Assembly: GCF_006345805.1 (NCBI RefSeq)
Contig: NC_043005.1
Span: forward strand, 103,912,001 to 103,976,000
Origin: Octopus sinensis
Lineage: Eukaryota
Length of the DNA: 64,000 nt
Direction: 5' to 3'
Shown here in pieces: positions 1 to 13,287 of this stretch; within the stretch, counting starts at the first letter, position 1; each line of letters opens with the position of its first letter. Position numbers and translations under genes: made by a program. The notes below the pieces were generated by a model that did no database searches, was not told the origin of the DNA, and saw only the letters and a list, made by a program, of their open reading frames with translations.

Positions 1-613
1 TATCTATACATTTGTATATATGTGGGTGTGTCTGCATGTGTTTGTGAGTGTGTGTGCGCGTATATGTGTGTGCATGTGTATGTGCGCGCGCGCGCGATGT
101 TATGTGATCAATCATCAAATATTAATTAGCGACGTCCATTGAATGTAAAATCTGCGAATGAGAAAAGGAAGGAATTAAATATTGTGTAAGGCAGATGTCT
201 AATTAACAATTCTTCATTAAGGGGCTTTTGTACGTGTATATCACATGCGTGCATTGTAAATTATAAGTGTGTATGATATGTGCATGTGTATAGAAAGTGT
301 AGCCTATGTGTAAATTATGCGTTCTTATTGTATGCGTGTGTTTGTGTTAATATGGAGCTAAATTCATTATAGAATTATTGAAATTAGTTAATTAGTTATC
401 TTTTTGTCTTTAGCTTGTCCAGGCATATGGTTGCACCAAGTAAAGACACGATAGCTTCTTCTTCAGTGATTTGGTATTGTTTAGGACATAGAGCTTTGAT
501 GAAAATGCTACAAATCTCCTCCTGTTCCAGCTAGTTTCATCTTGAAATGGTAATTGGTAACTTTTTCAATGAGGAGAATATGTGAGAAGTTAACAAAAAT
601 AAAAGAAATGAAG

Positions 614-1075
614 GCTGGTGGTGAGGGTAGTGATAGAAGTGGTGGTTGTGGTGGTGTTGGTAGTTGTGGTGGTGTTCGTGGTTGTGGCGGTAGTAGTGGT
701 GGTAGTGGTTGTGGTTGTGGTAGTTGTAGTAGTGGTAAATACAAATGGTATTTAGCTGGTGGTGAGGGTAATGATAGAAGTGATGGTTGTGGTAGTGATG
801 GTGGTGTTGGTAGTTGTGGTGGTGTTCGTGGTTGTGGCGGTAGTAGTGGTGGTTGTGGTGGTAGTGGTTGTAGTAGTGGTAGTAGTGGTAAATACAAATG
901 GTATTTAGCTGGTGGTGAGGGTAATGATAGAAGTGGTGGTTGTGGTGGTGTTCGTGGTTTTGGCGGTAGTAGTGGTGGTGGTTGTGGTGGTAGTGGTTGT
1001 AGTAGCGGTAGTAGTGGTGGTGGTTGTGGAAGTGGTGATAGTGGTGGTAGTGGTAAATACAAATGGTATTTTGCT
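614..1075 (+). repeat. Three-unit tandem repeat (141, 153, 165 bp) of GGT/AGT/TGT-rich sequence, inside the 176-aa Gly/Ser/Cys-rich ORF 554-1084
   Basis: Anchors GGTGGTGAGGGTA(G/A)TGATAGAAG at 617, 758 and 911; AAATACAAATGGTATTT closes each unit. Confidence 0.85.
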
Positions 1076-1260
1076 GGAGAGTGAGGTACATTGATAGTGA
1101 GTGAGTTACATAGATAGGTAGAAAGATATACAGTAAATTAATTATTTGGATAGATAAATTGTGAAACAGGTAGAGAATGAGAGATTTTGCAAAAATATGT
1201 ACATAAACAGATAGATATGGGGAAGGCAAGAGATAAATATAAATATGATAAATATATGGA

Positions 1261-1336
<76 letters not shown>

Positions 1337-1337
1337 G

Positions 1338-1388
<51 letters not shown>

Positions 1389-1389
1389 G

Positions 1390-1442
<53 letters not shown>

Positions 1443-1471
1443 ATATCTGTCTATCTACCTATCTACCTATC

Positions 1472-1558
<87 letters not shown>

Positions 1559-1570
1559 TATATATATATG
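1261..1570. repeat. Compound microsatellite (TCTA)n-(TC)n-(TA)n
   Basis: Directly visible. Confidence 0.95.
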
Positions 1571-2529
1571 AGCATGTGTGTGTGTGTGTGTGAGTGAGTG
1601 TGTTTGTGTGTGTGTATGCACAGAGAGGGACAGAGAGATATCGATAGTAGAAAATGGTCTTATGACTGATAGATAGGCAGATTGAGAAAAGAAGAACAAA
1701 ATAGAAGAGAAAGAGGAGAAGGAGAAGTAATTAATAAAATTAATTGTTAATTCATGGTAATTTGTGTGTAACAAACTAAGTGGTTGGTAATTTACTATCA
1801 ATAATATTTATAAATTACTATTATGAAAACTTATTTGATTGTTGCCTGTCATCATCTTTCACATTGCTGTTGTTGCTATTGTTGTTGATAAATTCGCTGT
1901 TATGACGATGATATTGGTGATTACACTCGTTTTTGTTGTTGTTGTTGTTGTTGTTGTTGTGTTCATTGCTCTTGTTTTGTATACACACCAATGATTTAGA
2001 TTTTTTACTTTGCTTTTGTTTCGTCCTAGAAATATTTGAATTAACGCTTTTTTTGTTCTGGTCTCGAAAAAAAACCCACCAAAAATCGATATAGAAATTA
2101 GAATTTCTTTTGTCCTTAATTTTCTTCTTTATCTCGTTTGTAATGATATTTTAATGAATACCTTCGGGTTGAAGATATCGATTGACGGATACAGCAGATA
2201 TTGAGCACCTCAAACGGATTGTATTAGGTTTTATAGAACAAAAGGTACAATTTCCTGTTATTCCAGTCGACAATTCGGTCCGTTTGAAAGCAACTTATAT
2301 CGTTTAATTATTTAGTGCCTTTGGTAAATACATGAACCTCACTACATCTCTTTCATGTATAATATTCAAAAGAACTGTGTGTGCTAAACGTAAGTGGAGA
2401 GCGAAATGTTGAAATCTCAGTCTGCATGGAGCACACAAGCACATGTGAGAGGCGTTTATCGGATTTTCAAGGCGTCCTTAACTTGGGAGCATAAGGGACT
2501 CTTCTAAATTGTTGCACAATTGACTTCAA

Positions 2530-2680
2530 GGTGTGATTGGTACTCCTTTATTAGCTGTGTGTACTGGAGTAACGTGATAGGAAGTGCCTTGCTCGAAGGA
2601 ATACTGCCTGACTCGAGAATCGAACCCATGATCTACAAATGAGCCCAACTTCCTGATCATTAGGTCACACAGCACTTCAC
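2530..2680 (-). mobile_element. Degenerate tRNA-headed SINE fragment
   Basis: gaatcgaaccc is the reverse complement of a box-B-like GGGTTCGATTC; aagtgccttgctc resembles the cttgggcaagtg block of other SINEs here. Confidence 0.45.
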
Positions 2681-3366
2681 AGCACCATGTGATACGAGGT
2701 AAAACTCATTGTAAGTTTGAAGCTTGAAATTCTGGTTTTTTATCGTGGCTAGTTGAAGCCAGTGTATTTCGTTTGAAGCTGCTATAGTTTTTCAGACATG
2801 CAGGAAAACTATTTTATCTTTGTATCAAAATAAGTTCTTATCTAACATTGACCATTGCTGAAGAGGAGCACAATTGTACTCCTTCAAAATTGTACTTTTG
2901 TGTTCCTTTAAACTCCTGTTCTCTAATATTTTACATATTTTTTCTGTGCAAAAGTCTGAGTAAACTGCTTTTCACTGAGTAGCTTGCTGAGACCATTGCT
3001 CAATATTCCTAACAAACAGATGTGGAGTTCTAGAACGCCCTTTAGGTCAGTTTATTTTTTCAAAACTCATTTAACTGTTACAATTTGATTTTATATTGTT
3101 TTAGTTGTATCAAAATCTGCGAATGAGAAATGGAAGCAAAACCGTTCAGAATTATAATATATATTATATATTATACATACGGTGGTGCCCCAGCATGGCC
3201 GCGGCCTTCGGGCTAAAACATTTTTAAGGATTTAAGGATTTATACATTACATGTTAACACTTTACAATATATTTACATATTTACATACATCTATGTATCG
3301 ATCTAAAATAACGGGAATACTAAAGGAAGGCCTGAATTTAAGAGAGGAGAAAACCAAAAGGTCTCT

Positions 3367-3507
3367 CTCTTTTACTCTTTTACTAGTTTCAGTCATTTGA
3401 CTGCGGCCATGCTGGAGCACCGCCTTTAGTCGAGCAAATCGACCCTGGGACTTATTCTTTGTAAGCCCAGTACTTATTCTATCGGTCTCTTTTGCCGAAC
3501 CGCTAAG
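3367..3507 (-). mobile_element. SINE family B, 3' fragment
   Basis: Reverse complement of the tail ...ggcggtgctccagcatggccgcagtcaaatgactgaaac...gtaaaagag seen in the longer copies. Confidence 0.85.
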
Positions 3508-3545
3508 TTCATGCTGAGTTCATTTAAAAATTCTTGAGTAGAATC

Positions 3546-3901
3546 TATTATTATTACGTCCGCCTTTGTAACTTGTTTTGAATGGTGAATTTGTTAACTT
3601 TGGCTTGTATTAGATAAGGATAAACTATATGCTATACTTACTAAACTTTCTACAGCCACCTTCACATGCCATGATTACCATTGGGATAGACCAGGTATCG
3701 GAGAAGGATTCTGAATTATTTTTCTGCATTTTTTTCTTTTTTACTTAATTTTTGAGAGTGATCGGGTTCATTTTTAGTATTCTCATTTGTGAGAGCAGTC
3801 GAGTTTGTTTCAGATATTCCCATTTTAAAAATCATCTTCAGCTAATCGTTGAGAGGACGTTGGTGCTGATTTAGCGAAGGTTTGCGCACTCTGAGTGCCA
3901 T
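3546..3901 (+). mobile_element. Degenerate non-autonomous Helentron/DINE-like (HINE-type) element
   Basis: 5' attattacgtccgcc and 3' gcgaaggtttgcgcactctgagtgccatt resemble the termini of the 7954-8587 element. Confidence 0.5.
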
Positions 3902-3942
3902 TATCATCATCATCATCATCATTATTATTATTATTATTATTA

Positions 3943-3997
<55 letters not shown>

Positions 3998-4001
<4 letters not shown>

Positions 4002-4090
4002 TATGTTTGACTTTTGCTTTATGTTTGTACAAGTTGGCTCCAGAGACCTCAAGAGACAACAGGTTGGAAGTTCTGTGCCATATATCTGGG
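3998..4090 (-). mobile_element. 3' tail fragment of R4/Dong-type non-LTR element abutting a (TTA)n array
   Basis: ctatgtttgacttttgct...tgtacaagttggctcc...gagacaacaggttggaagtt matches the 3' ends at 19376 and 45211. Confidence 0.8.
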
Positions 4091-4197
4091 TTTTTTTTTG
4101 TTTTTTTTTTGTGTTGTACTAGTGAATGTCTAATACATAAAAATAAAATAAAATAAAATAAATAAAATAAAATAAAAAAAAAGGTTTGTTTTAAACC

Positions 4198-4247
<50 letters not shown>

Positions 4248-5666
4248 GTTATTATTATGTTTTGTTTCGTTAGGATAATTGATAATTTAATAAAAACTCA
4301 TAACATACTGGGTTACAAACGGAAACAATTGCACAGAATCATCAAATTTCTCACTGTTCTAAACGAAGTTACGACAAATTTACTTAGACATATGTTAGTC
4401 GCCTGGGTCTCCTTGTCGAAGAGGTATCGCGGCTGTCCGCTCATCAGTAGATTTAGGGTTCAATCTCCACAGACGATTCCGTCTAAGGAGTATTTTTTTT
4501 TTCATTATATTATCTGCTAAACTGATAACCTTCATTTGAATTTGAGCAGCATCTTAAAAAGTAGTAATATGATATATCTTTCTAGGAAAACAAATAAACA
4601 AGCAACAGTGTTTTAGAGAACTGAATACGTAAGTACTGTACTATACCGAAATAAATAACCACTAACAGCGTATAACTTGGAGTTATTCTTCTTAAATTTG
4701 CAACTTTTGAAGCTCCCAGCAATAGCACACAAAAAATTCATTGAAAAAATAATGTGCATTTATAAAAGAGTCGTAGGCAAAGATACAGTTTTTTTAAAGA
4801 ACGCCAAAATAATGTGCAGTAAAATGAACATTGAAGAGTAGAATTATGACTTCAAAAATATAACATTAAGAAAGAAAAATACAAAGAAAAAGAAATAGGA
4901 AAGAGAAAAATGGGGAGGAAGAAGAAGAAAAGAAACAGTAATCACTGTATAAGAGAAATATATTAAATAAAATATCATCATAACTTGAAAAGTCTTCGTT
5001 GAATAACAATAATGAAAAAAATGCTAAACGCTCAGAGTCCACACACAACTTCTCGAGTCACGAATCGTCCATCAGAAATGACATCGAATGAAAGTATAAA
5101 AATCAATGAAATAAAATTACCATATATAAGTGTGTGTGTGTAAAATGAACTTAAATTACCATATATATATATATATATAATATATATATATATATAATAT
5201 ATATATATATATACACAAAGGGGGAATTCACAAAACAAAAGACGAAGACAGGTGGTGTAAACAACAAATATACATTCACACACACATACATTTGAATATA
5301 TATATGTTTGTGTGTTTGTGTGTATATATACATATAAATATACATATGTATAAATACATACACACATGCATATATACATACGTAAATGCATAAGTATATC
5401 TACAGACACACACACATTAATGCTTGTTTTTATGTTGAGTATAATTTCATGTTAGATTGAAGGATTACTCAACATGTTTGAAGAGTACATATTTGCTATT
5501 CTTTTATAAGAACAGTGCTGACAGTAACTTCGAAGTTTCGGACTACCTGCCGAGCTTCGAAGTCAGTGTCAACAGTATTCTTGTAAAAGAATAATACATG
5601 TGCACATCTCGAGTTACTGCGAGCAATGCGTAGCCCCAGAATATGTCACCATTCGCGCGCGTAAAT

Positions 5667-5716
<50 letters not shown>

Positions 5717-5724
5717 TATATATG

Positions 5725-5939
5725 TTTCTTTACTACCCACAAGGGGCTAAACATAGAGGGGACAAACAAGGACAGACAAACGGATTAAGTCGATTACATC
5801 GACACCAGTGCGTAACTGGTACTTAATTTATCGACACCGAAAGGATGAAAGGTGGAATTTAAACTCAGAACGTAAACACAGACGAGATACGGCTATGCAT
5901 TTCGGCCGGCGTGCTAACGTTTCTGCCAGCTCGCCGCCC
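5725..5939 (-). mobile_element. SINE family A (small internal deletion) inside (TA)n
   Basis: Reverse complement of ggcggcgagctggcagaaacgttagc...gtaaagaaa. Confidence 0.9.
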
Positions 5940-5941
5940 TA

Positions 5942-6025
<84 letters not shown>

Positions 6026-6446
6026 TATATATATATATAAATGCTTACAAACATATATGTACACAGACACAGACGTACAACGCACATACGCACAAGCAAA
6101 GGCACATTCCCATGTAAATGTCATACAAACTTTGAGAAATATAAGTGTATGTGTGTGTGTGCGCATGTGTGTGCGTGCGTGTGCGTACGTGTGTATGTGT
6201 GCGTGTGTGTGTGTGTGTAAGTAGGTGAATGAGGGAGAGAAGGAGAGTGGGCGACTTAGAAAAGTAGTCTTTGTCTTTGGAATTTTACAACGGAATTGCA
6301 ATTTTTTTGAATTAGATTGTGTGTAGGGCGGCATTTGCAAGAGATTATTGTTATAGACAATAGCATCAATAAATTGAAGACACACACAGAAATATGAATG
6401 TTCAAAAAAAACCCAGAAACCTCACAGAAACGATATATATATATAT

Positions 6447-6482
<36 letters not shown>

Positions 6483-6621
6483 TATATATATATATGTATG
6501 CATATATGTACATGTATATAAGTGTGTGTCTATGAATGTGTATATATATGTATATATAAATTATACACATGTATATATATATATGTATGTATGAATGTAT
6601 ATATATATATATGTATGAATG

Positions 6622-6653
<32 letters not shown>

Positions 6654-7953
6654 ATACATACATACATATATATATATAATATATAATATATATATATATA
6701 TATGTATATATGTACTGAGAGTGAGAGAAAAAAGGGGAAGAAAAAGAGAAGGAGAGTTTAATAAAAAATGTCTGACTGGTGATTATTATTTGGTAACATT
6801 TTAGGAAAATCAAAATATAAAAGTCAGTAAATTCAGAAAAAAAAGTAAAAATTCGAATTATTTTATTTATATAAATATTTCCAATGTAAATCACAATGAA
6901 ATATCTCGACATTCAATCAGAAACAGTAAATGGTTTCTGTTGTAATATTTAACTTACAAGCTTGTAGAAGTAGCAGCAGTAGCAGAGGCAGCAGTAGTAG
7001 TAGTAGTTGTTGTTGTTGCTATTAAGCTTCTTATTACTGTTGCTGTTGTTGTTGCTCTTGCTAATGTTCTCTCTGCTCCTGTTATTGTTGCTGTGTTTTG
7101 CTTTCATTTTTGCAAGCATCCATGACAAAGATGTAACAGCTCAGAACCATTTTCCTTTGATATAAATGGACAACCCCCTACTGCTCGTCCCTTTTTTTTT
7201 CACTCCTTACCGCTGTTGTTGTTGTTGTTGTGTTTAGTCCAAGTCAGCAATGATCGAACCAGACCAATGATCAAACGGACTATACGAAATTTTTATGTGT
7301 ATCAGAACCTAGTTTATCCAGAATGTCCTTCACATTCGATAGAGATTTGGCTGTTATTTCTTGCAGGTCGAAACTGATTGCTATTTCTAGCAGATCTGGA
7401 AACAATATAAAGATCGTGATGATTTAGCAAACACTCTTTTAGTTTCATAACGTTGCCAATGATGACTCTATTAAACCGCATCCTCGTCTCTCCTCCGCCA
7501 AGATACTCTGTTGAATAACAGAGGCAATGACAAAAGTTATATTTCAGTGACTTCAGCGTCATCGTCGCTGTTTGTTGCAACACTCAGCTCATCAACATGT
7601 TATTCTATAATAATCGGGCGGCCGTTATCACTGCCTTAAATCATTTATCCATTAACAGGCCGAAGCCATGGAGGTTCCCTGGTCGACAATATCAGAGCAA
7701 AAATTAGCCCATCATATAAATAAGTTTATTTGAAGCTTCTTTTTGAATTGGAGTCTATCAAGATATGCTCCCTACTGTGCAGTGGACGGTATTGCTGCTG
7801 CTGCGACCATTGTTGTTACAGTTGTTTGATCTAAAATCAGCTTCAACCAAACAGAGACCCTGGTCTGGGTTTGATATCGTCCTCCAAGCTACCCCTCTTA
7901 GTGATTTATTTATCTCAACATTCATAACATTGTGAGTAGTTTGTCACTCAGTC

Positions 7954-8587
7954 TTATAACCTCCGCCACGGAAAGAGGTTAAGTTTTCATCGGCGTTGGC
8001 TGGTCCGTCTGCCCGCCTGTGGGCAAAAATAAATCAACTCAAAAAGTTGTGAACGGTATTTAATGAAACTTCTAAGAAAAGTTGGTAATGACACCAGGAA
8101 CAGATGATGAAATTTTTGTAGTGATCCGGGAATTTTTATGGATTCTTGAAGGTTTTTTCCTTTGTTATATTTACTTTACATGAAGTATTACAATGTTACG
8201 TTCTTTGATTATCTCCCTTGAAAACACGTTCATCGTTTCCACGTAACCTATGGTGGCGTTGCTGTTTCCAAAGTTTATTTTCGATTCTCTATTCGTAATT
8301 TTACTCGCGTATCTATCTTAACTCTCAAGTTTTAGATAATTGTTGTTTTTTTTTAGTTGTATGGTGAAAATCGCTTGTTGTTGTCATTGGTCTATTATAA
8401 CTGCTTCAGATGATTCCTGTTTTTGAAAAGAAAATCATATGGCTGTGTTATTTCTTTTAACCCCGCCAAGGGGTTTATGTTTTTGCCGGCGTTAGCTTGG
8501 GAAATTGGGCGATTTTCAGCATGCGTGTATAAGGGTGGAAATGAGCTGCTTGGCGGAGGTCTGCGCTCTCCGAGTGCTTTTCTAGTT
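7954..8587 (+). mobile_element. Non-autonomous Helentron/DINE-1-like (HINE-type) element
   Basis: Sub-terminal inverted repeat CCTCCGCCA (7960-7968) / TGGCGGAGG (8551-8559); 3' gcgctctccgagtgc hairpin then ttctagtt; internal copy of the 5' terminus near 8459. Confidence 0.7.
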
Positions 8588-9195
8588 CAGGCAAGTGTTA
8601 CAATCAAAAGAAACAAGGAAGAGGTATTCTCTGAAATAATATAAATGATCATGTAATATATTCAGGACTACGTTATCCAATACATCCTTCCCTTTTAAGA
8701 AATTAAGGTGTGATTTGAAAGAAATTTAATCGCTATTTCTAGCAAAGATGAACGAACATGGAGAAGCGCATCCGCTGATCTGCAGTCGTAAAGTTTAGAT
8801 AAATTATATCAAATACCAATATTTACAACCTCCATCTAAATCTACTTTTTTCGCCCCTGTAGTCTCCCATAAAATAATTTCTTTGACCTCTACATTTAAA
8901 CATTCGCCCAGTCATTCTTCCCCAGAGATGCAGAACTCACCTGTGTCCCCTTCTCAATAATTGACCTTCAAAACTTCAAACAGGCTATTACTTGTATTAA
9001 CCTTTATATTTCAAACTCCAGCCACGCCCTTCTCGCTTTATATTAAGTAATACAAACAATAAGTTGGTTGCATGGCATTTTTATAAAATACATGATGAGA
9101 TATTCTTAATAGACATTTGCTGCCAAATGAATGGTTCCTCAACCAATTTCGTAATACATACAATATAGTATCAAATCAGAAAGTAATTCAGATGC

Positions 9196-9226
<31 letters not shown>

Positions 9227-9490
9227 CATACATACATACATACATGCATGCATGCATACATACATACATACATATATACATACATACATATATATATACA
9301 TACATGTGTATATTTATGTGTGTATGTATATAAGAGTGTGTGTATGTGTATATATATATAAATATATATGTGTATATTATATATATATATATATATATTC
9401 GTTTCGTTTCAGCACACGATCTCAGATCAAATCACTTGCTATGCAAGTACATCTCCCTATATATATATAAAAGAGTAAAAGAGTAAAAGA

Positions 9491-9538
<48 letters not shown>

Positions 9539-9944
9539 GACGAGGGACAACAATCCCGAAACTAGTTCGAGCGTATCACTCAGGCTTGCGAGGAAGGGAT
9601 GGCCTCCCTTTACAAATACTCCAAGGGCACTGATATTGTGTCTAAAGCCGGCTAGAGACGAGGATCTCTTGGGGCTATAAAGCTACAGTAACACCCCCTC
9701 CCCAATGCGGTTAGCCATGATAAGATGGCTTCTATACTTTACATATATGTATATATATATATATAAACACACACATACATATGTACGTATGTGTATGTGT
9801 GTGCATGTATTGGATTGTAATAAATTGGTCATTTGAATTAACAAGACGAAATATATTTTTATCGTAATGTTTTATTTATTTATTTATTTATTTGTAGCTT
9901 TCTTCTCCCTCTACAAACATTCGTGTAGCGTTTTTGGAATTTGA

Positions 9945-10575
9945 ATAAATGTTACCTCCCTTCAAACATATAACAGTGGAGCGCTATGTAGAAAGAAATG
10001 GCTATTTCGATACCAGCTTCTCACTGCTATCACTCAAGGTTCCAAAGTTGCCAAAGCCGTTCTTGAAGTTTGCACTGTATACGGAGAAGGCGCTAGCATT
10101 AAAATAACTTCACAGAAGTGGTTTACATGCTTCAAGAGAAGGAAATTCATTTCACAGATTCCACATTCCTATCAGTCTATTCAGTTCGATGAAGATCTAC
10201 TGTACGAGTTCGTCCTCGAAGATCCGTGCTGGACCATTCAGAAATTGGCCCAGTAGATGAGATGTTCTGATGCATCCATCGCCCTCTTCCTTCATCAACA
10301 TCAACGCTCACCCCCATGTCTCTAATTTGACCAAAGATGCTATCCAAGACCAAGTTCTGTTGCATCCACAGTATTCTCCTGACACAATGCCTTCAAATTA
10401 TCACCTTTTTCCCAAACAGTCTGCAAGTCGTTCAATAACGATTTGGAGCTGTGAACGGGTCTCAATGAATCCTTCCAGTAACGACCGGGTGACTTCTACT
10501 ATCAAGGCATTAACAAGCAGCCGGGACATTAGCAAGAAGTCCTGAGTAATGGAGAATATATTATTCGTCAATTTA
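9945..10575 (+). pseudogene. Degraded mariner transposase remnant
   Basis: FRYQLLTAITQGSKVAKAVLEVCTVYGEG...QKWF resembles the mariner N-terminal HTH region; HPQYSPDTMPSNYHLF at 10363 matches the mariner YSPDLAPSDYHLF motif; frameshifted. Confidence 0.8.
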
Positions 10576-10664
10576 TTAAATAATGATTAGAAAATAAAGA
10601 TGATGAAGAATAAAGACTAAAACAAATGGAAAAAAGTGTGAACGAGAATTTATCTGGCAAACTA

Positions 10665-10695
<31 letters not shown>

Positions 10696-10869
10696 TGTAT
10701 GTATGTATGTATGTTGTATGTATGTATGTATGTATGTATGTATGTATGTATGTATGTATGTATGTATGTGTGTGTATGTATGCATGCATGTATGTATGTA
10801 TACACACGCTCACCTACACATACTCTCTTCTCCTCTCTCTCTTTCTCCATAAATATAGACATCATCTTC

Positions 10870-12455
10870 CTTTACTCTGACTCTGTACATCTAATGATAC
10901 AGACTTACAAAAGGCTTCAAACTACAATTTGTTCAATCACTAAAACTACAGAGGAAAGCGGTGATGAATTTCTCAGCTTCAGTTCTTATCTCTGCATCAA
11001 GTAAACTACATAAGTTCACTATGACTTTGAACTTGCCAAGTACTGACTGCTAGGCTTCTTTAGCTTCTGAATTCTTCTCTTGCAGAAAGGGAAACTTTCT
11101 CTGAAGCTGATGCTGGACTTGTATAATATTTGTTTGTCTTTCTTCTTCTGCTTGTTGTTTTGTAGTCTGTGTATCCACACATGTCCCTAGCATCTAGTCC
11201 CACTCTGCATACCTATCACGATGTGTTTTCAGATAGTTTTCTCAAAGAATCAGTTCGATTCACCACTTTATTCAGATGAACTTCAGCTCCTTGAAAAGCT
11301 TTATTTGCATATTGCTAAGATGAACAAGAACTCAATTCCAGAACTTAACTATCATAGCAGTTCCAAGACATTCTATTCGTCTGCCAGTGTCTGAGCTTCA
11401 TATCTTGTTTCAGGTATATATTGTAAATCCTCTTCAGTATCTCCGAGTGCATTTTGAATGCATTTGTATCCATCAGTAGCATATACTCTTGTTGGTCAAC
11501 GAGTTTCTCACATGGTTTTCAAAGTTAGAACTCGTTTATGTCCTTCCAAAAGTTTTATTAAATTTGCTTATCTGTGTGTTGATGCAGAAAAGAATACTTG
11601 TATGCACTTCACATGGAGCCAAAATAGTTAACAATTTTAACGCAGCAAGAAGCAGTAGCTTGTCTAAGAAGATTGAGCGAATGATTAATTAATTAATTAA
11701 TTAAGGGGATGAAGACTGTAGTCGAGTTCTTTTCCTTGAGTTCGGTTTGTGTAGTGATCGAATGTATTACTGGCGTTGTTGTAGGACTGCTCCGGCAGTT
11801 TTCAAGGTTTATACCCATTATTTTAAGAAATTCTCACACAGATGTAGCCAGTACTGGTCTGCAGGAAAGTCTAAAGCCATTCTATCGGCTCCCAGAAACA
11901 ACGTAAAGCACAATAACTGTTGACTGGTCAACATTAGCTTGTTCTGGTGTTGAATCTACAGAAATTAAGTTATACTTGGCATTTTTATGTTCTGCTACAG
12001 TACGACTCCGATATTTTGCATTTAACAGAACAATTTCTTTGTAGATGGAAGGTGCTAAAAATGACAGCTTACCATTTCCTGGACTGCCAAATGTTTTCAA
12101 GTGACCCCGCAGAATGAATCAAATTGTACAGTAAGTTCTATAATTTTCCCCAAAATTTACATCGTGTTTAGATTCTTTTTCTCCACACTCCCTAAATTCC
12201 AAGCCTCTTGTATTCCTGCACTACTTGTTTTCCCAACTTACAATTAACACGAGAACATTCTCTACATAAAAGCTTAAACTGCAGCTCGGAATCCCTGTGG
12301 CTTTGGCTTTGTTCGTCTGCTTTTATTTTCTGCTCTCCTTATTTCCAATTATTAAAGCTTGTTGGAAAACCTGTCACAGCGGCTTAACATCAGTGTACAA
12401 CAAACTGCTCTCTTGATGAGTTGTATTGGAACCGCATTCTCAAACGTTGCTCACC
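10870..12455 (-). pseudogene. Degraded hAT transposase (ZMYM1-like type)
   Basis: GNGKLSFLAPSIYKEIV...KNAKYNLISVDSTPEQANVDQSTVIVLYV carries the first catalytic Asp (SVDSTP); also INLENCR, LTLKTM*ETR*, IQNAL and TTSRRRKTNKY...LSAREEFRS; many stops and frameshifts. Confidence 0.85.
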
Positions 12456-12480
12456 ATTGGTATGAGTAGTATAAAGACAG

Positions 12481-12710
12481 GCGGCGAGTTGGCAGAAACG
12501 TTAGCGCGCCTGACGAAATGCTTAGCGGTATTTCGTCTGTCTTTACGTTCTGAGTTCAAATTCCGCCGAGGTCGACTTTGCCTTTCATCCTTTCGGGGTC
12601 AATAAATTAAGTACCAGTTACGCACTGGGGTCGATGTAATCGACTTAATACCTATGTCTGTCCTTGTTTGTCCCCTCTATGTTTAGCCCTTTGTGGGCAA
12701 TAAAGAAATA
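12481..12710 (+). mobile_element. SINE family A, full length, 13-bp TSD
   Basis: tRNA-like head with box-B-like GAGTTCAAATTCC; AGTATAAAGACAG at 12468-12480 and 12711-12723. Confidence 0.95.
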
Positions 12711-12765
12711 AGTATAAAGACAGACAGATAAGGAGACAGACAGGATGACAGACAGACAGACAGAC

Positions 12766-12806
<41 letters not shown>

Positions 12807-12810
12807 TATT

Positions 12811-12849
<39 letters not shown>

Positions 12850-12970
12850 CGATAGGCAAGTAGATAGATAGTAGTCATTGTCACCAGTTCAAATTCCAAA
12901 CGTGTTTTTTTTCCTGCCAATGACCCCGCTAAGACTCACTAATTTCAGGTTTTTGTACTTGTGATGAAAA

Positions 12971-13001
<31 letters not shown>

Positions 13002-13064
13002 GCGCAGACACACACACATGTATATATAATATGGCATTGCACACGCGGGCATATATAATATAGG

Positions 13065-13287
13065 TGAGGCGGCGAGCTGGCACAAATGCCAGCGAAATGC
13101 TTAGCAGTATTTCGTCAGCCGCTCCGTTCTGAGTTCAAATGCCGCCGAGGTCTACTTTGCCTTTCATCCTTTCGAGGTCGATAAATTAAGTACCAGTTAC
13201 GCACTGGGGTCTATGTAATGACTTAATCCCTTTGTCTGTCCTAATTTATCCCCTCTGTGTTTAGCCCCTTGTGGGCAATAAAGAAAT
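13065..13287 (+). mobile_element. SINE family A, full length, 15-bp TSD
   Basis: CATATATAATATAGG at 13050-13064 and 13288-13302. Confidence 0.95.

Noticed and set aside
412-540. Minus-strand open frames (LEQEEICSIFIKALCPK... and DETSWNRRRF...)
   Set aside because: Short, weak acceptors, two competing frames and no recognisable motif.
2190-2520. DIEHLKRI, reminiscent of the CR1 DI..LE.VQ motif
   Set aside because: Only one short motif; the flanking motifs could not be traced.
3656-3694. Apparent 39-nt plus-strand exon (TFTCHDYHWDRP)
   Set aside because: Lies inside the HINE-like repeat 3546-3901.
4618-4629. Possible 12-nt plus-strand micro-exon before GTAAGT
   Set aside because: The upstream sequence is purine-rich, with no pyrimidine tract.
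8930-9030. Perfect CAG|GTGAGT donor with an upstream GC box and TATA on the minus strand
   Set aside because: Spacing to an initiator is wrong, there is no acceptor, and the region looks like an old LINE 3' relic.
12481-12570. tRNA genes
   Set aside because: The tRNA-like heads of SINEs here and elsewhere continue into SINE bodies and lack a complete cloverleaf.
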